A DNA stretch of 64,000 nt from Pseudomonadota bacterium. Lineage in GTDB: Bacteria; Pseudomonadota; Alphaproteobacteria; Rhodobacterales; Rhodobacteraceae. A program made the translations under genes and the position numbers. The stretch is taken from positions 158,863-222,862 of the forward strand of contig JBCBHS010000002.1 of the NCBI GenBank assembly GCA_038525395.1. Reading direction: 5' to 3'. A model generated the notes under the pieces. It had not been told where the DNA came from. It did not search any database and saw nothing but the letters and a program-made list of their open reading frames with translations. Positions 54,600 through 61,975 of the stretch are shown here, in pieces (within the stretch, counting starts at the first letter, position 1; every line of letters starts with the position of its first letter).

Positions 54600-55564
54600 A
54601 GGGCTTTTCGAACCGGTGGAAGGATTTCCCGGACTACATCATCGGCATCACCAAGGAGATCTGGGAAGACCGCGGCATCGCGACCCTGCACCACTATTAC
54701 AGCCCCGACATCGTCGTGCGGTCGCCAGCGAGCGTGGTGATCGGCAATGAAAAGGTGATCGGCGCCACCATGGCGACCCTGGCCGAGTTTCCCGACCGGA
54801 CGCTGCTGGGCGAGGACGTGATCTGGAGCGGGACGCCGGAGGAGGGCATGCTGTCCTCGCATCGCTTGCTGTCGACGGCGACGCATTTGGCGGACGGTGT
54901 CTATGGCAAGGCGTCGGGCAAAAGGCTGACCTATCGCATCATCGCGGACTGTCATGCGATCAACGACCAGATCAACGATGAATGGCTGATCCGCGACCAG
55001 ACGGCCATCGTGAACCAGATCGGCTGGGACGCCAAAGAGTACGCGGCGGACCTGATTGCACGCGAGGGCGGGCCAGAGCACGCGGTGCGCCCGCTGACCC
55101 CTGCGACGGACCAGCCAGGCCCCTACACAGGGCGCGGCAATGACAATGCGTGGGGCCAGCGGTACGCCGATATCCTGACCCGGATCATGGGCGCCGACAT
55201 GGCGGTGATCCCTGCGGAATACGACCGTGCCGTGCAGTCGGAATACCCCGGCGGGGCCACGGGCCACAGCCACGGGCCGGTGGACCGGTTCTGGATGGGC
55301 CTGCGCGCGTCCTTTCCCGACGCCACCTTTTCCATCGACCATCAGATCGGTCGGGATGACGACCTGATGCCGCCCCGCGCCGCGATCCGCTGGGCGCTTC
55401 ATGGCAAGCATGACGGCTGGGGCTATTTCGGGGCGCCCACAGGGGCCGAGGTCTATGTCTTGGGCATTTCGCATGCCGAGTTCGGGCCCTGGGGGCTGCG
55501 CCGGGAATATACGCTGTTTGATGAGACGGCGATTTGGAAGCAAATCCTGCTCCAGACCGGCTAG
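54596..55564 (+). CDS. Two-domain SnoaL/NTF2-like protein, divergent paralogue P4
   Basis: ATG 54596 (ATGA overlap, SD AAAGGA). N-domain FPDR...DEWLIRD. C-domain FPDATFSIDH...EYTLFDETAIWKQI. More distant from P1-P3. Confidence 0.62.
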   Translation: MKGFSNRWKDFPDYIIGITKEIWEDRGIATLHHYYSPDIVVRSPASVVIGNEKVIGATMATLAEFPDRTLLGEDVIWSGTPEEGMLSSHRLLSTATHLADGVYGKASGKRLTYRIIADCHAINDQINDEWLIRDQTAIVNQIGWDAKEYAADLIAREGGPEHAVRPLTPATDQPGPYTGRGNDNAWGQRYADILTRIMGADMAVIPAEYDRAVQSEYPGGATGHSHGPVDRFWMGLRASFPDATFSIDHQIGRDDDLMPPRAAIRWALHGKHDGWGYFGAPTGAEVYVLGISHAEFGPWGLRREYTLFDETAIWKQILLQTG

Positions 55565-55574
55565 GGTGGGATGT

Positions 55575-55600
55575 GCATATTTTTGGAACAATGAAGGGGT
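55575..55600. repeat. Degenerate arm of the intergenic repeat family, copy R7
   Basis: GCATATTTTTGGAACAATGAAGGGG. Compare ATTTTTTGGAACAGAGAAG in R6. It also matches 22 nt inside the acd CDS at 25677-25698. Confidence 0.45.
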
Positions 55601-55606
55601 GAGGCC

Positions 55607-56221
55607 GTGCAAAGATATGACACGCTTATGTTCACGCCCAAAGTCCGCGCCTTGCAGGAGGCCGAAGGCGCGGCAGAGATGTACGCCCGCAGCTACGGCG
55701 CGCGCACCCACGCGCTGACTGCGGATGAGGTGGCGTTTATCACCTCGCGCACATCGTTCTATATGGCGAGCGTGTCCGAGACCGGCTGGCCCTATATCCA
55801 GCATCGGGGCGGGCCTGCGGGGTTTCTGAAGGTGCTGGACGATCACAACCTGGCCTTTGCCGATTACCGGGGCAACAAGCAGCACATTTCCGAAGGGAAC
55901 CTGGCGGGCGACGACCGTGTGTCGCTGTTTTTGATGGACTACCCCCGCAAGGCGCGGATGAAGCTGCAGGGCCGCGCCGATTTTGCCGATGCCGCGGACG
56001 TGCCGGACCTGGCGGCGCAGGTGGCCACGCCGGGCGAAGGCCGGGTGGAGCGGGTGGTGACCATCGCGCTTGCGGCTTTTGACTGGAACTGCCCCCAGTT
56101 CATCACGCCCCGCTTTGACGCGGCCGAGGTTGCGCAGCTGGTGGCGCCCGAGATGGACAAGCTGCAGGCACGCATCGCCGCGCTGGAGGCCGAGAACGCC
56201 GCGTTGAAAGGCGAGGGATGA
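55607..56221 (+). CDS. Pyridoxamine-5'-phosphate-oxidase-like FMN-binding split-barrel protein with a C-terminal coiled coil
   Basis: 204 aa (GTG start, SD AAGGGG). SFYMASVSETGWPYIQHRGGPAGFLKVLD...YRGNKQHIS fits the PNPOx-like fold. The tail is LQARIAALEAENAALKGEG. Confidence 0.68.
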   Translation: MQRYDTLMFTPKVRALQEAEGAAEMYARSYGARTHALTADEVAFITSRTSFYMASVSETGWPYIQHRGGPAGFLKVLDDHNLAFADYRGNKQHISEGNLAGDDRVSLFLMDYPRKARMKLQGRADFADAADVPDLAAQVATPGEGRVERVVTIALAAFDWNCPQFITPRFDAAEVAQLVAPEMDKLQARIAALEAENAALKGEG

Positions 56222-56754
56222 CCGATATCTACCGCGCCGCTGAACGTCTGATGGGGATGCAGGATGCCGATTGGCGCCGACATGCCAATCCGGTCAGCGT
56301 GTGGACGCGGTTCAGCTGTCTGCCACTGATTGTGCTGGTCATCTATGCGCGCCAGTGGATCGGGTGGTGGGCGCTGCCCGCGCTGCTGATGGCGCTGGTC
56401 TGGACCTGGGCGAACCCGCGTGCCTTTCCGCCGCCGGATGATTTTGGCACCTGGGCGGCCCGCGGCACCTTGGGAGAGCGGGTGTTTCTCGCGCGCGATC
56501 GCTATGACATCGCCGCCCATCACATCCGCACTGCGCATGTTCTGACTGGCCTGTCGGCGCTGGGCCTCTTGCCCCTGATCTGGGGCCTTGTCATCCTCAA
56601 CCCCTGGGCCGTTGCCCTTGGGCTGGTTGCCGTCATCCTGCCAAAGGTGTGGTTCGTGGACCGCATGGTCTGGATCCACGCCGATATCACCCACACAACA
56701 CCGGGCACACCGTTGCCCGACCCCACCTTGCCACATGAAAGGACCCCCCTATGA
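56218..56754 (+). CDS. Integral membrane protein, unknown family (4 predicted TM segments)
   Basis: 178 aa. ATGA overlaps at both ends. Hydrophobic segments CLPLIVLVIYARQWIGWWALPALLMALVW and LSALGLLPLIWGLVILNPWAVALGLVAVIL. Confidence 0.6.
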   Translation: MTDIYRAAERLMGMQDADWRRHANPVSVWTRFSCLPLIVLVIYARQWIGWWALPALLMALVWTWANPRAFPPPDDFGTWAARGTLGERVFLARDRYDIAAHHIRTAHVLTGLSALGLLPLIWGLVILNPWAVALGLVAVILPKVWFVDRMVWIHADITHTTPGTPLPDPTLPHERTPL

Positions 56755-57716
56755 CCCCCGCCGAGATGGAGCCGCGCATCGTGCGTTACGGCGATCTGAT
56801 GCCCTGCAAGACCGCGTTCATCGACGCGCACACGCCGGGTTCGGACCAGAAGGAAAACTTTACCATCATCGGCGGTGGCGTGTCGGAAAGCCCGGACCAG
56901 CATGTGCATATCGCCATCCCCCACGGGTTCAACATCGGCGCCGCAGGCCAGCCGCCCAAGTGCCGCAATTCGCTGCATAGCCACCGCACGGCCGAGGTAT
57001 TCTTTGTCCTGTCGGGCCGCTGGCGGTTTTTCTGGGGCCGCTGGGGCACCGCGGGCGAGGTCGTGTTGGAAGAGGGCGATATCATCAACATCCCCACCGG
57101 CATCTTTCGCGGGTTCGAAAATATCGGGACCGACTATGGGATGATCATGGCCATCCTGGGCGGCGATGACGCCGGGGGTGGCGTGATCTGGGCGCCGCAG
57201 GTGATCGAGGATGCGCGGGATCATGGCCTGGTGCTGGGTGAGAACGGCAAGCTCTATGACAGTAAGAAGGGCGCAAGCCTGCCCGCGGGGGTCGACCCGA
57301 TGCCGGTTCTGAGTGACGCGGCGTTGAAGGACTATCCCGAGATGTCACCGATGCAGGTCGTGGGCATGGGCGTGCGCCGCTATTGGGACATGGTCTGCCT
57401 GGCCAAGGATGCGCCGTGCAAGGTGATCGGCGAGACGGGGATCATACGTGACAAGCCTGGGTTCGAGGTTGACTTGATCACCCGGACCAGTGCCAGCGCT
57501 GACATGCACCAGCACGCCCGCCCATCGGTTCTGATGCCCATGCGCGGCCATTGGCGTGTCACCTGGGATGGCGGGGCAACAACCCTCGCGCCCGGCGACA
57601 CGATGAGCGTGCCGGAAAATCTGCCCCATGCGGCCGTGCCCTCCATGACGGGCGAGGCGTCGCTTTATCACATCGTGGGCACCGATGATCCTGCGGGACC
57701 CACATGGCAGGGCTAG
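56751..57716 (+). CDS. Bicupin protein, unknown function
   Basis: 321 aa. The first cupin is SLHSHRTAEVFFVLSGRWRFFWG...GDIINIPTGIFRGFEN. The second barrel is around HQHARPSVLMPMRGHWRVTWDGG...GDTMSVPENLPH. Confidence 0.7.
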   Translation: MTPAEMEPRIVRYGDLMPCKTAFIDAHTPGSDQKENFTIIGGGVSESPDQHVHIAIPHGFNIGAAGQPPKCRNSLHSHRTAEVFFVLSGRWRFFWGRWGTAGEVVLEEGDIINIPTGIFRGFENIGTDYGMIMAILGGDDAGGGVIWAPQVIEDARDHGLVLGENGKLYDSKKGASLPAGVDPMPVLSDAALKDYPEMSPMQVVGMGVRRYWDMVCLAKDAPCKVIGETGIIRDKPGFEVDLITRTSASADMHQHARPSVLMPMRGHWRVTWDGGATTLAPGDTMSVPENLPHAAVPSMTGEASLYHIVGTDDPAGPTWQG

Positions 57717-58315
57717 ACGCGTCGCCGGATGCCACGCGTGCGGTCTATGAACGCCAGGCCGCCGCCTATGACGCCAGCCGGTCCCGCGCGCTGTTCGAGG
57801 CGCGCTGGCTGGCCCGCTTTACTGCGGCGCTGACGCCGGGGGCGCGGGTGCTTGACCTGGGCTGCGGCGCGGGCGAGCCGATTGCGCTGTGGTTCATCGC
57901 CGAGAGGTTCCAAGTGACCGGCGTGGACTTTGCCCAGCCGATGCTGGACATCGCGCGCGCCCGCTGGCCCGACGGCGACTGGCGGTTGGGCGACATGCGC
58001 CACCTCGACCTGCCCGACCGGTTTGGCGGCATCGTGGCCTGGCACAGCTTTTTCCACCTGCGCCCGGATGAACAACGCGCCTGCATCGCCCAAATGGCGC
58101 AGCACCTTGTCCCCGGCGGGTCACTGCTGCTAACCGTTGGGCCACGGGCGGGCGAAGCATCCGGTACCGTAGGGGGCGAGGCCGTGTATCACGCCTCGCT
58201 TTCGGCGGCCGACTATGCCACCTGCCTGGAGGCGCATGGCCTGCGCCTGACCGGGTTTCTGGCCGAAGACCCAGACACCGACAAAGCCAGCGTGCTGATG
58301 GCGCGCAAAGACTGA
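57704..58315 (+). CDS. Class I SAM-dependent methyltransferase
   Basis: 203 aa. Motif I VLDLGCGAGE, then GVDFAQPMLDIAR. It overlaps the bicupin 3' end by 13 nt. Confidence 0.85.
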   Translation: MAGLDASPDATRAVYERQAAAYDASRSRALFEARWLARFTAALTPGARVLDLGCGAGEPIALWFIAERFQVTGVDFAQPMLDIARARWPDGDWRLGDMRHLDLPDRFGGIVAWHSFFHLRPDEQRACIAQMAQHLVPGGSLLLTVGPRAGEASGTVGGEAVYHASLSAADYATCLEAHGLRLTGFLAEDPDTDKASVLMARKD

Positions 58316-58330
58316 ACCAGGAGACACCCA

Positions 58331-59455
58331 TTGCCCGTCCTAACCACCCATACCGGCAGCCTGCCACGGACCCAAGAGGTCGTTGATTTCATCTTTGCCC
58401 GCGAGCGGGGCGAGGCGTACGACCTAGCGGCCTTTGACGCTACGATGGCGCAGGCCGTGGATGCGACCGTGGCCAAGCAGGTGGCCGCCGGTGTGGATAT
58501 CGTCAGCGACGGCGAGACGTCCAAGATCAGCTATGCCACCTATGTCAAAGACCGCTATACCGGCTTTTCCGGCGACAGCCCGCGCAACGCGCCTGCCGAT
58601 CTCAAGCAATTCCCCAGCTTTCTCAAGCGCTTGGCCGACGATGGCGGCACCCCGAAATACGCGCGCCCCATGTGCACCGGTCCCGTGGCCAGCCGCGGGC
58701 AGGGCGAGTTGAAGAAGGACATCGCCAACCTCAAGGCGGGTATGGCCGCCCATGGGGCAACGCGCGGCTTTATGAACGCGGCCTCGCCGGGCGTGATCTC
58801 TTTGTTCCTGCAAAACGATCACTATCCCACGCGCGACGCGTACCTCGCAGCCCTCGCCGACGCGATGAAAGAGGAATACGAGACGATCGTTGCCGCCGGT
58901 CTTGATCTGCAGCTCGACTGCCCAGATCTCGCGCTCAGCCGCCACATGCTCTTTGCCGATCTGTCCGATGCCGAATTCGTCAAGATCGCGGCCAGCCATG
59001 TCGAGGCGATGAACCATGCGTTGGCGGATGTTCCGGCAGAGAAGGTGCGCGTACACATCTGTTGGGGCAATTACGAGGGGCCGCATACCTGCGACATCGA
59101 CATGGACACCGTCTTTGGCACCCTGATGTCGACCAAGGCGCGCTATGTGCTTTTTGAAACCTCGAACCCGCGCCATGCGCATGAATGGACCGTGTTCCGC
59201 GACCGCAAGTCTGAGATCCCCGACGACAAGGTGCTGGTGCCGGGCGTTGTGGACACGACCACCAACTTTGTTGAACACCCCGAGGTTGTGACCCAGCGGT
59301 TAGAGCGGTTTACCAACATCGTCGGAGCGGACCGGGTGATTGCGGGCAGCGATTGCGGCTTTGGAACCTTTGCGGGCTTTGGGTCGGTCGACCCCGATAT
59401 CGCCTATGCCAAGCTGGGCGCCCTCTGCACCGGTGCCGCCAAGGCGGGGGCCTAA
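58331..59455 (+). CDS. Cobalamin-independent methionine synthase C-terminal-domain-like protein (Meth_synt_2 only, MetE-II family)
   Basis: 374 aa (TTG start per the track). Candidate zinc-ligand contexts VHICWGNYEG and AGSDCGFG. It lacks the N-terminal MetE half. Confidence 0.82.
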   Translation: MPVLTTHTGSLPRTQEVVDFIFARERGEAYDLAAFDATMAQAVDATVAKQVAAGVDIVSDGETSKISYATYVKDRYTGFSGDSPRNAPADLKQFPSFLKRLADDGGTPKYARPMCTGPVASRGQGELKKDIANLKAGMAAHGATRGFMNAASPGVISLFLQNDHYPTRDAYLAALADAMKEEYETIVAAGLDLQLDCPDLALSRHMLFADLSDAEFVKIAASHVEAMNHALADVPAEKVRVHICWGNYEGPHTCDIDMDTVFGTLMSTKARYVLFETSNPRHAHEWTVFRDRKSEIPDDKVLVPGVVDTTTNFVEHPEVVTQRLERFTNIVGADRVIAGSDCGFGTFAGFGSVDPDIAYAKLGALCTGAAKAGA

Positions 59456-59461
59456 GGGGGG

Positions 59462-60154
59462 ATGGACGCCGCGCTGCATGGCCTGTTGAGGTCGGTCGAC
59501 ACCCCCACCGTTTGCAATGCCATCGAGGTTGCCCAGGGCAAGCGCGGCTTTAACGCGTTCACGCGCGGCACGATGCTGGCCTCGGACCCCGCTGGCGTGA
59601 TGGTCGGCTATGCCCGCACCGCCCGCATTCGCGCCCTGGCCCCGCCGACCGACGCCCCAGAGGTGATCAAGGCGCGGCGCATGGCCTACTACAAATACAT
59701 GTCCGAGGGCGCGCGCCCGGCGGTGTGTGTGGTGCAAGACCTGGATGTCCCGAACGCCATAGGCGCCTATTGGGGGGAGGTGAACACCAACATTCACAAG
59801 GCGTTCGGCCTGGCGGGCACCCTCACCGACGGCGTGATGCGCGATCTGGGCGATCTGGCCGAGGGCTATCCGGTGGTGGCGGGATCGGTCGGGCCCAGCC
59901 ACGGCTTTGTCCACGTGATCGACTATGACCAGCCGGTGCGCCTTCACGGCCTCGACATCCGCCCCGGTGATCTGGTTCATGCGGATCGGCACGGCGCAGT
60001 GGTGATCCCGCAGGACGTGGTCGCCGGGTTGGCCGACGCAATCGCGACACTCATGCGGTCCGAAAGCATCGTGTTCGACGCGGTGAAGGGCAAGCGGATC
60101 ACCTTTCAAGACTTCGAGGCCGCCTGGGCCGCTTTCGAAGCGGCGCGGACGTGA
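59462..60154 (+). CDS. RraA-family protein (aldolase / oxaloacetate-decarboxylase-like fold)
   Basis: 230 aa. TPTVCNAIE, GAYWGEVNTN, GTLTDGVMRD and the DLVHADRHGAVVIP blocks are typical of RraA/HMG-aldolase-like proteins. Confidence 0.82.
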   Translation: MDAALHGLLRSVDTPTVCNAIEVAQGKRGFNAFTRGTMLASDPAGVMVGYARTARIRALAPPTDAPEVIKARRMAYYKYMSEGARPAVCVVQDLDVPNAIGAYWGEVNTNIHKAFGLAGTLTDGVMRDLGDLAEGYPVVAGSVGPSHGFVHVIDYDQPVRLHGLDIRPGDLVHADRHGAVVIPQDVVAGLADAIATLMRSESIVFDAVKGKRITFQDFEAAWAAFEAART

Positions 60155-60675
60155 TCCGGTGGGTCTGCGCCTTTGCCCTTCTGTGCCAGGCCGCGATGGC
60201 GGATGAGATGGAATTGAACCCCACCTGGGCCTACGTGGCCGACACCGTCATGGGCGGCGTGTCGCAAGGGCAGGCCGCGCAAGTCGTGATCGACGGGCGT
60301 GCGGCCACGCAATTGACGGGCCGCGTGTCCCTCGACAACAACGGCGGGTTTATCCAGATCGCCTTTGACCTGGCAGAGGGGGCCGCGGTGGATGCCAGCA
60401 CCTATACGGGGGTCGAGATCGAGGTGATCGGCAACGGTCACGCCTATGATCTGCGCCTGCGCACCGAAGCCCTGACCCGGCCCTGGCAGTCCTTCCGCAC
60501 CCAGTTTACCGCGCCGCCCACCTGGACCACGCTGCGCCTGCCCTTCGCAAGTTTCGAGGCGCACCGCACCCAGGCGACCTTTGACCCCGCGCAGATCAAG
60601 CGCATCGGCATCCTTGCCATCGGGCGCGAGATGCAGGCCGACGTCGCGGTCGCGGCGGTCCGCTTCTACCGCTAA
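60151..60675 (+). CDS. CIA30-domain (complex I intermediate-associated protein 30-like) protein with signal peptide
   Basis: GTG 60151 overlaps the RraA stop (GTGA). MIRWVCAFALLCQAAMA signal. VADTVMGGVS...GGFIQIA...FASFEAH pattern of CIA30/NmrA-associated domains. Confidence 0.72.
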   Translation: MIRWVCAFALLCQAAMADEMELNPTWAYVADTVMGGVSQGQAAQVVIDGRAATQLTGRVSLDNNGGFIQIAFDLAEGAAVDASTYTGVEIEVIGNGHAYDLRLRTEALTRPWQSFRTQFTAPPTWTTLRLPFASFEAHRTQATFDPAQIKRIGILAIGREMQADVAVAAVRFYR

Positions 60676-61904
60676 TCCCGCGGCGCGGGCGCCCCTCCTT
60701 CGAAAGTGTTGCCTTGCGCGTAATCGCACGGCGCCTCCTGCATCTGCAGATGCAAGCCATCACCGGTATAGGGATGCGCCCGCGCAAGAGCCTCATCCAC
60801 GTCAATCCCAAGACCGGGCGCGTCGGGCGGCGTCACAAACCCGTCTTCCACCCGAATACTGCCCTTGATCAGCTGATCATGAAACGGCGTCTCGATGGTC
60901 TCGCACATCAGGAGGTTGGGGATCGAGGCGGCCAGTTGGATATTTGCCGCCCACTCCACCGGCCCTGCATATAAATGCGGCGCCATCTGCGCGTTATAGA
61001 CCTCGGCTATCGCAGCCACCTTCTTCATCTCCCAAATGCCGCCCGCCCGGCCCAGGGCGGGTTGCAAGATCGTCGCCGCCCCACTGCGCAGCACCGGCGC
61101 AAACTCCGCCTTGGTGGTCAGCCGCTCGCCCGTGGCCACAGGGATACGCACCGCGCGCGCCACCTTGGCCATTTCTTCGATTGCATCCGGGGGAATGGGC
61201 TCTTCGAACCACAAGGGGCTGTAAGGCTCCAGCGCCTGGCCCAACCGAATGGCACCCGCGGTGGTAAACTGCCCATGGGTGCCAAAAAGCAAGTCAGCCC
61301 GGTCGCCTACCGCGGCGCGGATCGCCTTGCAAAAGGCCACCGACATCGCGATATCGCGCATCCCCGGCATATGCCCACCCCGCATCGTGTAAGGCCCTGC
61401 CGGGTCGAACTTGACCGCGGTATAGCCGCGCTCGACACAGTCCACCGCCGCTTCCGCTGCCATCTCGGGCGACGTCCAAAATGCGGCCAGCGGGTGATGC
61501 GGCAGCGGGTAAAGGTAGGTATAGGCCCGGATACGGTCATTCATCCGCCCGCCCAGCAGCGCATGGACAGGCCGGTCGCGGGCCTTGCCCAGGATATCCC
61601 AGCACGCAATCTCAAGCCCCGAAAACGCGCCCATCACTGTCAGATCGGGGCGCTGGGTAAAGCCCGAAGAATAGGCGCGGCGGAACATCAGCTCGATGTT
61701 TTCGGGGTTCTCTTCCGCCATGTGGCGGGCAAAGACATCCTCGATCACCGCCCGCATCGCATCGGGCCCCACGGACGCGGCATAGCATTCGCCCCAGCCC
61801 ACGATCCCGTCATCGGTGGTCAGCTTAACCAATATCCAATACCGCCCGCCCCAACCCGGTGCCGGGGGCGCGGTCACAATCACATCAAGGTCCATCAGCT
61901 TCAT
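60672..61904 (-). CDS. Enolase-superfamily enzyme (mandelate racemase / muconate lactonizing family, acid-sugar-dehydratase-like)
   Basis: ATG 61904. 410 aa. MKLMDLDVIVTAPPAPGWGGRYWILVKLTTDDGIVGWGECY, the KFDP metal/acid-base region, and EEP then ATGE. The stop overlaps the convergent CIA30 stop. Confidence 0.88.
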   Translation of the reverse strand: MKLMDLDVIVTAPPAPGWGGRYWILVKLTTDDGIVGWGECYAASVGPDAMRAVIEDVFARHMAEENPENIELMFRRAYSSGFTQRPDLTVMGAFSGLEIACWDILGKARDRPVHALLGGRMNDRIRAYTYLYPLPHHPLAAFWTSPEMAAEAAVDCVERGYTAVKFDPAGPYTMRGGHMPGMRDIAMSVAFCKAIRAAVGDRADLLFGTHGQFTTAGAIRLGQALEPYSPLWFEEPIPPDAIEEMAKVARAVRIPVATGERLTTKAEFAPVLRSGAATILQPALGRAGGIWEMKKVAAIAEVYNAQMAPHLYAGPVEWAANIQLAASIPNLLMCETIETPFHDQLIKGSIRVEDGFVTPPDAPGLGIDVDEALARAHPYTGDGLHLQMQEAPCDYAQGNTFEGGAPAPRD

Positions 61905-61917
61905 CGCAACAGGTCCT

Positions 61918-61975
61918 CTTCTCTGTTCCAAAAAAATCCCGGGGGTGAGGCCGCAGGCCGAGGGGGCTGGCCCCC
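61918..61975. repeat. Intergenic composite repeat, copy R8 (reverse arm plus hairpin)
   Basis: CTTCTCTGTTCCAAAAAAATCCCGGGGG (61918-61945), then GGGGGCTGGCCCCC (61962-61975). It fills the gap between the ADH stop and the dehydratase start. Confidence 0.65.

Noticed and set aside
55591-55606. Tiny ORF or upstream ATG (ATGAAGGGGTGA) immediately before the PNPOx-like gene as a leader peptide.
   Set aside because: It has only three codons and overlaps the probable SD (AAGGGG) of the downstream GTG start. It is better explained as the ribosome-binding region.
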